Shown: positions 23,754-49,880 of the stretch, piece after piece
Numbering within the stretch: the stretch's first letter is position 1
Layout of the letters: each line of letters starts with the position of its first letter
Assembly: GCA_012295275.1 (NCBI GenBank)
Contig: CM022675.1
Location: forward strand, 1,984,001 to 2,048,000
Reading direction: 5' to 3'
DNA length: 64,000 bases
Source of the DNA: Chrysomallon squamiferum
Lineage: Eukaryota > Animalia > Mollusca
Translations under genes and position numbers: made by a program
The notes under the pieces: model-generated
Database searches by the model: none
Told to the model about the DNA's origin: nothing
What the model saw: only the letters and a program-made list of their open reading frames with translations

Positions 23754-25366
23754 GCAAACTTGAAACAACATGACACAACAGAAACATTGTAGGAACAAAC
23801 GAAGTTATTTCCCTTTTTTTTTTTTATTTTTTTTTTTATTTGTCTAATTTCTCTTTGTAAAAGAGAGATACTGGCTGTAAATGACACAAAGGTCAGGTAG
23901 AAGGAACGAAGCTGTCTCTTTCTTGGTTTTACTTTACGGGACATTTTGATCAATTTCTATAATTCCGGCTGGTGAAAGAGAATTACTGGCAATAAATATC
24001 ACAGAATGATGAACTAAATCATATTTAAATGTTTGTACATAGTTAAAATGACCTACTACTACTGTTATTATTATTAGGTTGTTTCTTGTCTGTTCCTGCT
24101 TGTTCTGTCTTTTTTCTCCTCTCTGATGTGTTTCTGAATGCACGTATTCGTTCACTGATGACATCTATGCTGAAAACCCTTCTCGAAGTGTTTTTTCATC
24201 CATTTCCATGAAGTGAAGCTTATTTTAGTGAATGGCAATATTTAATCATTAGAACATTATTGCTTGTACTAAATGAATTCAAAATCAAAACTAAAAGAAA
24301 GAGAAAAGTGATAAATAGATTTTGTAAAATTAGCATGAACTGGTAACGGTATGGTAAAATGTGGGCAAGCAGTCTTCATATTAAATATTTCTAAGAATAC
24401 TGACATTTCCCCTTAGATATTAACATCAAGATACAGAAGTGACTCGACAAGATGCACCAAGTTAAACGGATAGGACAGTACTGTGTGAGAAAACACAATA
24501 GAATCGCTGACAAATAGAGATTTCTTGCAGTCCGGATTGTCGACTGGTCGCGCTTTCACGCGATATCGTTTCTGCCAAATGTCGCTGTGGTTATTGTTTT
24601 TCAAAACGTCGTCGTTTCTCCAGTGATTTCAAAAGACAGTGTTGTAATGGAAATGAGAAATGAAAGTTTTGTTTCGCCTATGACAAAAAGAATAATATTA
24701 GAAAAACCAAACTTAATAATAACAATAATAATAATAACAACAACAATAGCAACAACAACAACAACAATAGCAGCAGCAAGAACAACAAAGGAAAAAAGAA
24801 ACAACATATAAAAATAAATCATTATTAAAATAACCGATGCAGCACAAAAGAAAAAAAAAAGGTATTCAAATGAAAAATAATAATAATGAAAAAACCCACA
24901 AATAAAACACAGAAAAAACAAACAATAGACGTGTGAGTTGAAATAATTTCATAATGTCATAATTTCAACAAGATCCTACATCTCGGAAATGTCAGCATCA
25001 ACATTCGAAAGCTTCAATTTATACGACACCCCGAATCCGCGAAACCCCATAAAATACAAATGAGAAGACAATAAATAGTGATAAACAAGAAGTCTAAAAC
25101 AGTGAGGTAATTTGTTGTCTAACGTAGAGTAATGATAACAATTATATGTACATTAAATTATATTTATAGCTTATTAAAGAAAACAAATTACAACAAAATC
25201 ATTTCTAAAAGCATTTATTAAACCTGTTGAAAATATAATTAAACATAAAATAATCATTGTTATAATAATAAAGAAACAAAAAAATATATCTTTCGAAAAA
25301 ATACAGATGCAAGATTTACTAGCAGCAGAAGAAGCAAGAAAATTAAGTAATACTAATACCATCACG

Positions 25367-25397
<31 letters not shown>

Positions 25398-25468
25398 TAA
25401 TAATAATAATAATAATAACAATGACAATAATCATAATAATAACAACAATATTAACAATAACAATAATA

Positions 25469-25510
<42 letters not shown>

Positions 25511-25923
25511 TAATAATAACAAAGTAAAATATAAATAAAATATAAGTGAACAACTAAACTATCAAACGAAAAACAACAAATAAAATAAACAAACAAACAA
25601 ATTGATAAAGGAGCAATTGAAAGAAAACAGAAAATGAGCAAATACTGCAAAAATAGCAAAACCAGAAGTGAGAGAAAATTAGATGTGAACATTTAGAATT
25701 TGTGTTCGTTGCCATTCAAAGAAATGTTCATCAAAATAATCAGTTACCCCTTAAACCAGAGAAATTTAATTGCAAGCAAACAAATTAAACAAAAAGTCAG
25801 TATATAAACAAAGCAAATAAATAAATGAATAAAAATTGCGAAAAAAATGATAATAATAATGAAAAAGGGATAATTACTGAAAATCTTTGCTTCTACAGTA
25901 ACATGAAATGTTTCTCAAGTTAA

Positions 25924-36156
<10,233 letters not shown>

Positions 36157-36639
36157 CTTTAGTTTATACTGAAAAGAGGATTATATAAATAAATACATTT
36201 ATATTTAAAACAATTAAAAATAAAGAATTAACACATACAATAAAATACATAAAACAGGAAAATGTTAAGATGAACGATACACACATCTCACTGGGAGATG
36301 TTTGACTGAATTTAGCATCAGCATTGATGGGGAACTGGATTCAAATAGATAAAATGCGATATTCATGTACGTCCATGTGATAAATAAAATGACACAAATA
36401 TATTGATCCTAATAGTTAGAAAGAAAGAGAGAGAACAAAATAGTAATAATAATTTTTAAAAAAACACCCAAAAACCCATAAATAAATAAATTAAACTAAG
36501 TTTAACTAACCGAGATAATAATACAATATAATAAACAACAACAAAGACATACATAGATTAGTATATAAATAAACACAGAAACATACGTATAGACAGAGAT
36601 GCAGAAAACTAGGTAAATACAGAGAAATACATACATGCA

Positions 36640-39600
36640 TATATTTTTATATATATATAGATAGATATAGATGCATGCACTGATACAATGTAGGTAGAAA
36701 GAGAGCCAGATACATATATAGATGCATGCACTGATACAATGTAGGTAGACAGAGAGTCAGATACATATGTAGATACATGCAGTGATACAATGTAGGTAGA
36801 TGGAGAGACAGATACATATATAGATGCATGCACTGATACAATGTATATAGGTAGAAAGAGAGACAGATACATATATAGATGCATACACTGTTATAATGTA
36901 AGTAAAGAGACAGATACATATACAGATGCATACACTGTTATAATGTAGGTAGACAGACAGATACATATACAGATGCATACACTGTTATAAAGTAGGTGGA
37001 CAGATACATATACAGATGCATACACCGTTATAACGTAGGTAGACATATACATATACAGATGCATACACTGTTATAATATAGGTGGAAAGATACTTATACA
37101 GATGCATACATTGTTATAACGTACGTAGACAGATATATATACAGATGCATACACTGTTATAATGTAGGTAGAGAGACAGATACATATACAGATGCATACA
37201 CTGTTATAATGTAGGTAGACAGATACATATACAAAAGCATACACTGGTATAATGTAGATAGAGAGATACATATACAGATGCATACACTGTTATAATGTAG
37301 GTAGACAGATACATATACAGATACATACACTGTTATGACGTAGGTAGACAGATACATATACAGATGCATACACTGTTATAATGTAGGTAGACAGATACAT
37401 ATACAGATGCATACACTGTTATAACGTAGGTAGACAGATAGATATACAGATACATACACTGTTATAATGTAGGTAGACAAATACATATACAGATGCATAC
37501 TCTGTTATAATGTTGGTAGAGAGGTACATACACAGATGCATACACTGTTATAACGTTGGTAGAGAGATACATATACAAATGTATACACTGTTATAATGAA
37601 TGTAGATAGACATACACATATACAGATGCATACACTGTTATAATGTAGGTGGAGACACATATACATATGTAGATGCACACACTGTTATAATGTAGGTAAG
37701 GAGACAGATATACATATACAGATGCATACACTGTTATAATGTAGGTAGACAGACAGGTACATATACAGATGTATGCACTGTTATAATGTAGAGAGACATA
37801 TATATATACAGATGCATACACTGTTATAATGTAGGAGAGACAGATTCATATACAGATGCATACACAGTTATAATGATATACAGTTATGCATGCACTGTTA
37901 TAATGTAGGTAGAGAGATAGATACATATACAGATGCATGCATATACAGATGCACTGTTATAATGTAGGTAGAGAGACAGATACATATACAGATGCATACA
38001 CTGTTATAATGTAGGTAGAGAGATAGATATACAGATGCATACATATAATGTAGGAGACATACATATACAGATGCATACACTGCATACAGATGCATACACT
38101 GTTATAATGTAGGTAGACAGAGAGACAGATACATATACAGATGCATATACACACTGTTATAATGTAGGTAGACAGACAGATACATATACAGATGCATACA
38201 CTGTTATAATGTAGGTAGACAGACAGATACATATACAGATGCATACACTGTTATAATGTAGGTAGACAGATACATATACAGATGCATACACTGTTATAAT
38301 GTAGGTAGACATATACATATACATATACAGATGCATACACTGTTATAATGTAGGTAGACAGATACATATACAGATGCATACACTGTTATAATGTAGGTAG
38401 ACAGATACATATACAGATGCATACACTGTTATAATGTAGGTTATAATGTAGGTAGACAGATATATATATACAGATGCATACACTGTTATAATGTAGGTAG
38501 AGAGAGATACAGATACATATACAGATGCATACACTGTTATAATGTAGGTAGAGACAGATACATATACAGATGCATACACTGTTATAATACATATACAGAT
38601 GCATACACTGTTATAATGTAGGTAGACAGATACATATACAGATGCATACACTGTTATAATGTAGGTAGACAGACAGATACATATACAGATGCATACACTG
38701 TTATAATGTAGGTAAACAGATACATATACAGATACACAGATATACATATGTGTAGTAGGTAGATATACACTGTTATAATGTAGGTAGACAGATACATATA
38801 CAGATGCATACACTGTTATAATGTAGGTACACTGTTAGAGACAGATACATATGTTATACAGATGCATACATACAGATGCATACACTGTTATAATGTAGGT
38901 AGAGAGATATACAGATACAGATACATATACAGATGCATACACTGTTATAATGTAGGTAGACAGACAGATACATATACATATACAGATGCATACACTGTTA
39001 TAATGTAGGTAGAGATATATATACAGATGCATACACTGTTATAATGTAGGTAGATAGACAGATACATATACAGATGCATACACTGTTATAATGTAGGTAC
39101 ACTGACAGATACATATACAGATGCATACACTGTTATAATGTAGGTAGACATGATACACTGTTATAATGTACAGATATATACAGATGCATACACTGTTATA
39201 ATGTAGGTAGACAGATACATATACAGATGCATACACTGATGCATACATATACAGATGCATACACTGTTATAATGTAGGTAGACAGATACATATACAGATG
39301 CATACACTGTTATAATGTAGGTAGATAGACAGATACATATACAGATGCATACACTGTTATAATGTAGGTAGACAGATACATATACAGATGCATACACTGT
39401 TATAATGTAGGTAGAGAGACAGATACATATACAGATGCATACACTGTTATAATGTAGGTAGAGACAGATACATATACAGATGCATACACTGTTATAATGT
39501 AGGTAGACAGATACAGATATATACAGATGCATACACTGTTATAATGTAGGTAGACAGATACATATACAGATGCATACACTGTTATAATGTAGGTAGACAG

Positions 39601-41360
39601 ATAGATATATACAGATGCATACACTGTTATAATGTAGGTAGACAGATACATATACAGATGCATACACTGTTATAATGTAGGTAGACAGATACATATACAG
39701 ATGCATACACTGTTATAATGTAGGTAGAGAGACAGATACATATACAGATGCATACACTGTTATAATGTAGGTAGACAACAGATACATATACAGATGCATA
39801 CACTGTTATAATGTAGGTAGACAGATACATATACAGATGCATACACTGTTATAATGTAGGTAGACAGATACATATACAGATGCATACACTGTTATAATGT
39901 AGGTAGACAGATACATATACAGATGTATACACTGTTATAATGTAGGTAGACAGACAGATACAGATACATATACAGATGCATACACTGTTATAATGTAGGT
40001 AGATAGATATACATATACAGATATACACTGTTATAATGTATGTAGGGTAGACATATACATATACAGATGCATACACTGTTATAATGTAGGTAGAGAGATA
40101 CATATACATATACAGATGCATACACTGTTATAATGTAGGTAGATAGATATATATATACAGATGCATACACTGTTATAATGTAGGTAGAAAGATACAGATG
40201 CATACACTGTTATAATGTATAGAGACTGTACAGATATAACTGTTATAATGTAGTAGAGAGACAGATACATATACAGATGCATACACTGTTATAATGTAGG
40301 TAGAAAGATACATATACAGATGCATACACTGTTATAATGTAGGTAGAAACATATACAGATGCATACACTGTTATACAGATGCATACAGATGTTACACTGT
40401 TATAATGTAGGTAGACAGATACATATACAGATGCATACACTGTTATAATGTAGGTAGACAGATACATATACAGATGCATACACTGTTATAATGTAGGTAG
40501 ATAGATACATATACAGATACATATACAGATGCATACACTGTTATAATGTAGGTAGACAGATACATATACAGATGTATACACTGTTATAATGTAGGTAGAC
40601 ACATACATATATAGATGCATACACTGTTATAATGTAGGTAGACAGATACATATACAGATGGATACACTGTTATAATGTAGGTAGACACATACATATACAG
40701 ATGCATACACTGTTATAATGTAGGTAGACACATAGATATACAGATGGATACTCTGTTATAATGTAGGTAGATAGGTACATATACAGATTCATACACTGTT
40801 ATAATGTAGGTAGACACATACATATACAGATGCATACACTGTTATAATGTAGGTAGACACATACATATACAGATGCATACACTGTTATAATGTAGAGAGA
40901 CAGATACATATACAGATGCATACACTGTTATAATGTAGGTAGAGAGACAGATACATATACAGATGCATACACTGTTATAATGTAGGTAGTCAGATATATA
41001 TACAGATGCATACACTGTTATAATTTAGGTAGAGAGACAGATACATATACAGATGCATACAGTGTTATAATGTAGGTAGTCAGATATATATACAGATGCA
41101 TACACTGTTATAATGTAGGTAGAGAGACAGATACATATACAGATGCATACACTGTTATAATGTCGGTAGAGAGACAGATACATATACAGATGCATACACT
41201 GTTATAATGTAGGTAGACAGATACATATACAGATGCATACACTGTTATAATGTAGGTAGACAGATACATATACAGATGCGTACACTGGTATAATGTAGGT
41301 AGACAGATACATATACAGATGCACACACTGTTATAATGTAGGTAGATAGGTACGCATATA
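36640..41360. repeat. About 4.7-kb tandem satellite, 43-bp unit (47-bp variants), roughly 100 copies, in the putative 5'UTR intron of copy B
   Basis: Consensus CAGATACATATACAGATGCATACACTGTTATAATGTAGGTAGA read directly. Confidence 0.97.
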
Positions 41361-42089
41361 CATTGCTATGTTGAAACAGTTTTATTTTCAATTTTTCATT
41401 TAAATTGATCATTATTATAAAATGTACTGATCGTTTTTCTTTATTCTTAATTCACATTACTGTTACTGTCACACGTATTAGTATTACTACTATTATTATT
41501 ACTCCTGATACTGCAGACTATTGTCAACCATGATTGAAAAAACAAATAATAATAACAAAAATAAATTAATACAACATTTTTAAAAATGTAATGAAAATAT
41601 GTTCTGTATGTGTGCGTTTCTGTCTGTTAAATATAGGTTATTTGTGACAATTAAAGATGTGCTGTAAAACAACAGATTAACAAAACGTTTAACCGTTTTG
41701 AAATCCACCACTGACTGCCTGTTAACATCTTAGTAATAATTTGTTTTAACTAAACGTGTATTTGTTTTGTGTGTTTTTATATAGCATATTACCCAAACGA
41801 AACGGATACAAAATAAAGTAAAACATTAGACTAAAAACTTCTCCCATTAGAAAGCTTGCACCAAAACTGTAACAAAATGTTGAATATTTAAAATCACTTG
41901 GTGTACAGGAGAAAACAATAGCTTAAAATTCCCAAATCCTATGAGCCACAAACTTTTGTTTTTCACTGTTTTCATTTTTTTAGTTATTATTAATATTATT
42001 ATTTGTTTTATTTATTTATTTATTTATTTTATTTTATTTTATTTGAATAACATTTAAGTCAATAGGATCTACAATTTCTTTTTTTCTCA

Positions 42090-42580
42090 CCGTTAAGAAA
42101 GTGAGTGCAAAGGACAGTGCTGAGACGAGCAAGCGAATGATGTCCAGTGAATTAGAGCATGAAATCGTAGAACAAACATCAGCAAAGTGTGCGTGTAGTC
42201 GAGCTGGTTAGGCAGTACGAGCTCAGCACTTCTACGATATCTACCATACTGAAGCAAAAGCAGTCGATACAGGCTGTAACTGCAGCCAAAGGCGTTAAAC
42301 TAATCTGTCTGATCTCCAAGATAAATATAGTTAACAAAACCAATTTATTTCTCTACATTCTATTTTATTTTGTTTTTATTCAAAATTTGTCATTGATATG
42401 AACAAAAACAGTTTCTTATTTAAAAACGCATTAAAAAAATATTGGTTGATTTGTGGCTAGCTGGAAGGGATTAATGTTTTGTCATTTAATTTCAGGTGGG
42501 AAAACTGATTTGATATTCGAGCAAATTAAGTTATGAGCTTGATGGTAACGAATTAAACTTGCAAGTCAAGGCCTCTGCGT
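42090..42580 (+). mobile_element. Degenerate, internally deleted pogo/Tigger-type element of the same family
   Basis: KKVSAKDSAETSKRMMSSELEHEIVE, frameshift, then VRVVELVRQYELSTSTISTILKQKQSIQAVTAAKGVKLI; homologous to 13330-13545 in the opposite orientation. Ends in a Tigger-like terminus acgaattaaacttgcaagtcaaggcctctgcgtg. Confidence 0.75.
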
Positions 42581-42646
42581 GTGTGTCTAAATATCTATAT
42601 TATATACACACACATATACATATATATTATATATACACACACACAC

Positions 42647-42729
<83 letters not shown>

Positions 42730-43405
42730 TATACAAACACACACACATATAAAAATACAACTTCTACAAATAAAAAATATTTTAAAAAATGTTATAACTA
42801 TTACAATCAACTAAGTTCTTATTCTTAAAGGTAGTTTTTTTGCTGTACAAATATATAGAAAACATACACATTCATTTACGCAAATAGTATACATATAAAT
42901 ATACAGAAAGTGTACACATATATTTATTGATGTAACATACATACAAATACGTAGAAACAGAAAGTGTAGGCACACACTGAAGAAGTGTACGCACAAACAC
43001 CTAAACATACAATCACTCACACAAACAAATACAATTTATGAAGTAATATGCATACAAACATAAAGAAAGTTATATATTTATTGAAGTAGGACACAAATAA
43101 GAATATTTAAATGCATGCACACACACATATATATATTGACATATCGTACACATAAATATATATCAATTTACTTATACATTTACTGAAGTAGCACATCATT
43201 AAAAATATTTAAAGTGTACACATACACTTTTTGACGTATCATACATACGGATATAAAGAAGCTGTACATATACATTTTTGATGTAGCATACAGCTAAGAA
43301 TATTTAAAGTGTACACATACATTTGTTGAAGTAACATATATACATATATAGAAAGGTGAGCTGAACGTACCTTATTTTTATTCTGGCAGTCCAAGTAAAG
43401 GTGTT

Positions 43406-43492
43406 CCTCACTTACACTGTGCGATCCGTTTGAAAAGAAATACAGAAATGCGTATCAAGACAACTTTACACTATTTATGTGGTAAGGACAAG
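43406..43492 (-). promoter_or_regulatory. Putative core promoter and non-coding first exon of copy B
   Basis: Minus strand TTGTCCTTACCACATAAATAG followed by donor GTAAGTGAGG, matching the motifs at 14111-14182. Confidence 0.5.
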
Positions 43493-43596
43493 AAAAAAAA
43501 AAAAAAAAAATCCATTTCAACGCATCAGTGATTTTAAAGCACACGTGAATCTCATTACTACTTGTACCGAAACTTTTCTTGTTTTTCTATTTTCTT

Positions 43597-43627
<31 letters not shown>

Positions 43628-43697
43628 TATTATTATTATTATTATTATTATTATTATGTATTTATTTATTTATTTATGTTATTATTTATTGATGTAT

Positions 43698-43772
<75 letters not shown>

Positions 43773-44985
43773 TTATTGTTTTTCTCTGAACCACTGATCT
43801 TTGAGACATGGGTTCTGATTCACTGGTACACTGGACATACACAGAGTTAAGTGCTAATATACATATATACATTTAAGTCGTGTCACACATACGGACTAGC
43901 GTTATCTCTATATCATTATTACCACACCAGAAACGTATGTCTATGTATACACTATGTCAGTCCGCATTTATGACTATGTGTGTATTTCCATCATTATATA
44001 TATGTATCTGAATATCTATGTCTCTATCTATCTGTCTATCCATCTATCTATCTATCTATATATGTATTTATATATATATACACACACACACACACAAACA
44101 CACGTACAGACACACACACACACGTATGTTTTAATATCTTTTTTATTTGCGCATGTATGGTTATGTGTGTGGATGCATTCATGTGTGTGCATGAGTGTAA
44201 ATGGGTGTGTAAGTATACATATGTGTCTAGAGTTGTATGTGCTATGTAAGTATTTCAGTGTGTCTGCTTCTATATGTATTGTTGGACATTTGCTAATATG
44301 TTTATTAGTGAGTGTTCATATATTTATATATGTGTGTGTGTGTGTCTGTGTGTCTGTGTGGAGTGGTGAGTGAGAGTTCTTATCTGTGTAAGTTAATTTT
44401 GATAATGTATATTTCTTTACGGATGAATGCTTACCTTTGTTTACGTAAGTGTCTTTCATTACATATGTATGTGGTTTATGTTAGTGTATTTGTGTTTATG
44501 TCAGCGCGTATGAGCGTCTGAATGCGGATGTTTCTGAGTGTTTAAATGGCTACACATCTGAGTATGAATATACTATAATAAACACAGTTTGAACATGACG
44601 GCAAATATGTAGATATTTTCTTGTAGATATTTGCGCTAGTTTGAAAGTTAGAAGCAGTCAGAAACAGCAAAACGTCTGATTGTTGACACATGACAAGAGA
44701 GAAAATAGCGACATTTGTTGTGAAAGCTGTGTATTAATCCAGATGAGCAGTGATGTGTTATTATTACACGTGTCTGTAGAAGAAAAATACAATAAGGAAG
44801 TGATAAATGAACACGATGAACATCACTTTTGTATAGGGCAGGTTGCTGTAAGACAAAAAATACATTGGTATATCCTCGGTGGCTTCATTAGAACTTTTAA
44901 TATCTATTAAAATTTAGTTCATGTGCCACAAAATTTGATTTTATGTGACTGGACAAAAGTAAAGAATAAGCTATACTTAGACAGT

Positions 44986-45035
<50 letters not shown>

Positions 45036-45814
45036 GATAAATAGATAGATAAATAGATAGATAGATAGAGAGAGACGGACAGATGATTTGAAATGGATTC
45101 AAGACCATCTTCACATTAGTGTGTAAAACAAGATTCTGACATGTGTCTATATGTATGCGTATATGGGTGTGCATATGAATGTTGATATGAATATATGTGT
45201 ATAAGTGTGCATTGTGTGTTTTAAACACATACACACAATGATAATAAAATAAAATATTATAACTACTAGTACACTGCTCTACTAGTACACTACTATTAAA
45301 TTCAATATCGCTACAACTGAACCTATTAGTACGAATACTCTTCCAGTGATATTCTTACTACTACTAGTGATATGACTTGCACTAACATATTTCAGATACG
45401 ATCACTACTAGTACAACTAAGACTAAGATTATTACTACTACTTTATATACTAGTACATCTACATTACTAATACACGTGTAACATTTATTCTATTGATTTC
45501 ATGTATTATATTAATTACTAATATATTAATATTAATAATGTATTAGTACTATTAATATATTAATATTAATACAAGTATTAGTACTATAATGAATGACACG
45601 CCTATTACTACCACAGTAACAACATCGACAATTAATATTAATATTACCACTAATAATTATTATATTACTACTACTACTATACATTAATTTTATTTACTGC
45701 ATTCATTCTTAAACACCATATCCTTTTCTTTTTCAAAGTTAAATAATAATAACAATACTACTACAACTACTAATACTAATACTAATGCTAATACTACTAC
45801 TAATAATAATACCT

Positions 45815-46945
45815 AAGATTGATATTACATATTTTATGATGTCTACAGAGTAAAAAAATAATGCTTTGAGATAGATATTATATCTGCAGGTGTTAGGGTG
45901 TGACACAAATTTGTATTTTCAGATGAATGGTGTATGAAAAAATAACAATACAAAAATATAAAGAAATAAAGAAAATATTAATAAAAGTAAAAATAGTGTT
46001 GAGGTAGGTGTGTCTATGCGTTAAAATAGATTGCAGTGTTTACGATAATAATTTTCCAACCATGCAGCTGCTGGGACGGACACATAAATTTAAAGTAAAT
46101 TAAGCTACCGTCGTCAAAGAAATAAAATTATAAGAAAGATCACTGGCTGTTAGATAAATTAAATAACTTACTTTGTGTTAGTGTATACACCATTCATCTA
46201 ATAAAAACGTAAATAAATATATTGAGTACTGCACCTGTAAGAACGTATACGAATATTTCATGCTAAATTAAACTACCGTCGTCAAAAAATTAAATTATAA
46301 CAAATACTAATGGCTGATAGATATATTTAAAAACTAATTTTTCATTCTGAATAGCGTCTACACAATTCATCTGAAATACAACTTCATGTCACACCCTAAC
46401 ATTCACACGTATAATAGCATTGTTTTTGTTTTTTTAGTTTTTAGAAATCAGAGAACCTTTAATATCAGTTTAATGTAACATCTATATAATGATGTGGTAA
46501 AATAAATTGCAGAAAAAAGTGTTTATGATATTAATTTTTACTTACTTCTTAGACATGACAGTAAACACGTTTAAAAGAATGTAATAAATATCTTGAGAAA
46601 TGCACATGTGAGAACGCATTCAGATGTTTTATGCTAAATTAGACTACACTCGTCAAAGAATTAAATTATAACAAATACTAATGGCTGATAGATATATTTA
46701 AAAACTAATTTTTTATTCTGAATAGCGTATACACAATTCATCTGAGAACACAACTTTGTGTCACACCCTAACATCCACAGATATAATATCTATCATAGAG
46801 CATTTAGTTGTTATCTCAGGACATTTCTTTTTTTATTCTATAGAAATCAGAGACATATAATATGTAGATTAAATTAATGATGTAATTTATTTTGAAAGTC
46901 TTTCAGTGCAGTATCTGAAAGCTCTCACAATCTGTCTAGAAAGAA
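45815..46945. repeat. Further cluster of the same dispersed repeat, colinear with 470-1340
   Basis: tatctgcaggtgttagggtgtgacacaaa near 45880 (+); inverted copies at about 46300-46500 and 46660-46945. Confidence 0.85.
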
Positions 46946-46961
46946 AACTATGCCGTAGAAA

Positions 46962-47011
<50 letters not shown>

Positions 47012-47506
47012 TTATTTCAAAATCATAATGACATGATAGTTGAGAACACATGCGGTAAATACAATTATAATATAAACATGTGTTGTTAGTTATAATAGTA
47101 GTATGGTTGTTGTGTTTGCTGTACTAATAACAGGAGTAGAAGTCGTCGTTTTAGTATTAGCATTAGTAGTTAACCATAGTACTAGCATCATGACAAGTAG
47201 CTGCAGTAGGATTAGTGTAGTAATACTACTTCAAGTAGCTGTGGTTGTAGTCATAGTGATAGAGGTAGTAGTACAATCAGTGATAGTTGTATTAATGGTA
47301 TTAATATTATTAGTATTTTTACTAATAACAATGTTGAAACTAGTAGTAATGACGGAAGTTACAATAGTTAGAAAATAGAAAGAATTAATATAATAAATGT
47401 AACACTTGTAGTAGTAATATAGACGCTCTTGTATAAGTAGTGGTTGCAATATTCTTATTCTTTGTTGTTCTAGTAAAAGTCGTATCCCAATATATTACTA
47501 CTACTT

Positions 47507-47569
<63 letters not shown>

Positions 47570-47672
47570 ATAATAATAATAATAATAATATAATACACAG
47601 GTAGATGCATACACGTATGCTTATACTTTCATATATAAACATACAAATACCTATGCACACTTACATACACAC

Positions 47673-47726
<54 letters not shown>

Positions 47727-48416
47727 ACAACACTGGAAGCTACCGTGCAACATACAGTACATTAATTTTAAAATAATTGCAAGCATTTTCTTTTTTTTCT
47801 TCTTCTGAATCGCTCATAAGTTTCATCATTAAAACTGCATCAGCTAAGATAATCCATACATAGAAACATAAATAATTATTTCTGAATGGATACATACATC
47901 AACACATGCATGTATAGTGAATATTGCATTCATGTGATAATAGAGCTTTTATTAACGTAATCGCTGCTGAGATGAAATGCAACTCGATTTTTAGTTTTGT
48001 ATTTGTTTTGTATCAAAATTCTTTATAGATATATCAATTTAACTTCGTAAAATATTTCATTCATCTTTTGAAAGCGGTGTCCAAAAACCACTCAGAATAT
48101 GAATAGATCAAACGCTGTCATTAAACTATTAGTAGCTTTTACTGTAAGTGAGGGAAAACAGTCTGAGTAACCTATATGACCATATATTCAGTGCACCGAA
48201 ATGGGTACATTCTGTAATGTCAGTGAGTATATTTACACGTAAACAAAAATATACAGAGAAAACATCTTTGTTCAGCTTTTGTTCAATGAGATTATATACA
48301 CACAGGTATACTTACATACAAACACACATGCATGCAGAGACACACACACATACAGAAAAAACACTGCAGATAAATATGACTGTTATCGTTTTAATGATAC
48401 ATATCATGATAATAAA

Positions 48417-48458
<42 letters not shown>

Positions 48459-48735
48459 TATTATTATTATTATAATGATGATGATGATCATCATCATAAT
48501 ATACAAAAAACACACACACATTTACTGATTATATACTAGATATTAATTCCTTTTATAGTCCTGTTGGTGATAGGTGAACGAACATAATAAAATAACACAA
48601 GTTATTTACATTTAACGCTTTAGATATATTTTTAAAAAATGGGAGTGTTCGTGCAATATACAGTGCATTAATTTTACTTTATATCCTCTATTTTTGTCAT
48701 TTAATTCGCTGTTGCATTTCCACTTTAATATAACA

Positions 48736-48766
<31 letters not shown>

Positions 48767-48834
48767 CACAAACATACACATACGCACACAGACACACACA
48801 CATACAGACACACACACATACACACACAGACACA

Positions 48835-48878
<44 letters not shown>

Positions 48879-49817
48879 CACATATACACAGACACACATA
48901 TACACATACAGACACATTTACACACATGTTTATATTATAACAGCATCCTAACCATAGCGATGATCACTGGTGACGTTTCGAGTTAACATGTTTGTTTCTG
49001 TCGAGTGATAAAACCAAACAATAGCATAATACGTGACAGACAAACACAGGACACACAGATAGACCTACATGTTTCTTTGCTGCTATAGCTCTGCTTACTC
49101 CTCCTATTTTCCCTGTTTAATATTTTCCTTCTATTAATGAATCTATTTTAAAAGTCTTTCAAGTCCTTCAAGAAGTGTTTTTAATCAATGACCGTGATAT
49201 GAAGAATCATTTTACTGAACGAAGATGTTTAGACATAAGAAATTGCACTGAGATGTGAGAAGTGAGTTTAAAAAGTAAATAAACCAATAAATAAAATAAA
49301 ATAAAATAAAATAAAGAAAGTAAATTAAGTAAGTAAAGAAAGAAAGAAACAAACCAACAAGCAAAGACAAAAGAAAGAAGTATAACCAAAACAACCAAAA
49401 AAAACAAACAAATGTCTTGCAAAATTAACAGATATCGCTCATGATTGGACAGTATTTTATAAAGCTATTGAGAATACACTATTTTTCTAAGAATAAAAAA
49501 AAACATGTTTTTAATGGGTAAATGTACGATATATATGCGATTTGATGAAATGTATGAAATTAAAGTGGCAGGTTAATATTCTGTGAGACTCGAAGTATTG
49601 TCAGCAGATATCGAGTGATTCTGTGCACTCCTTGCTGATTGGTCCTGCTGTCACGAGTTAAGATGTCTCCAGTATTTCACCAAACGTTCGCTATCGTCTG
49701 CCTCTTTCAATAAGTATTCGTTTCTGCAGCGATTTCTAGATCTATAATTGTCATGCTGTTAAGTCGTATTTGCTTTCTTCATGGCATCAGAACAAATGTA
49801 TTATGAGGTAAACATGT

Positions 49818-49880
<63 letters not shown>

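Noticed and set aside
24154-24200. CTGATGA...GAAA hammerhead-like core (also at 21966)
   Set aside because: No proper stem II closing pair or stem I; a chance match in AT-rich DNA.
37580-40420. Highly irregular units in the satellite centre
   Set aside because: Scattered indels look like unpolished long-read error, so they are not interpreted as biology.
36609-41326. Repetitive ORFs (MHLYMYLSTYIITVYASV) and CRISPR-like regularity
   Set aside because: Head-to-tail 43-bp satellite with no unique spacers and no cas genes; the unit length is not a multiple of 3.
49430-49790. CpG-richer patch with two GATTGG (CCAAT) motifs
   Set aside because: No associated exon or ORF found; too weak to call a promoter.
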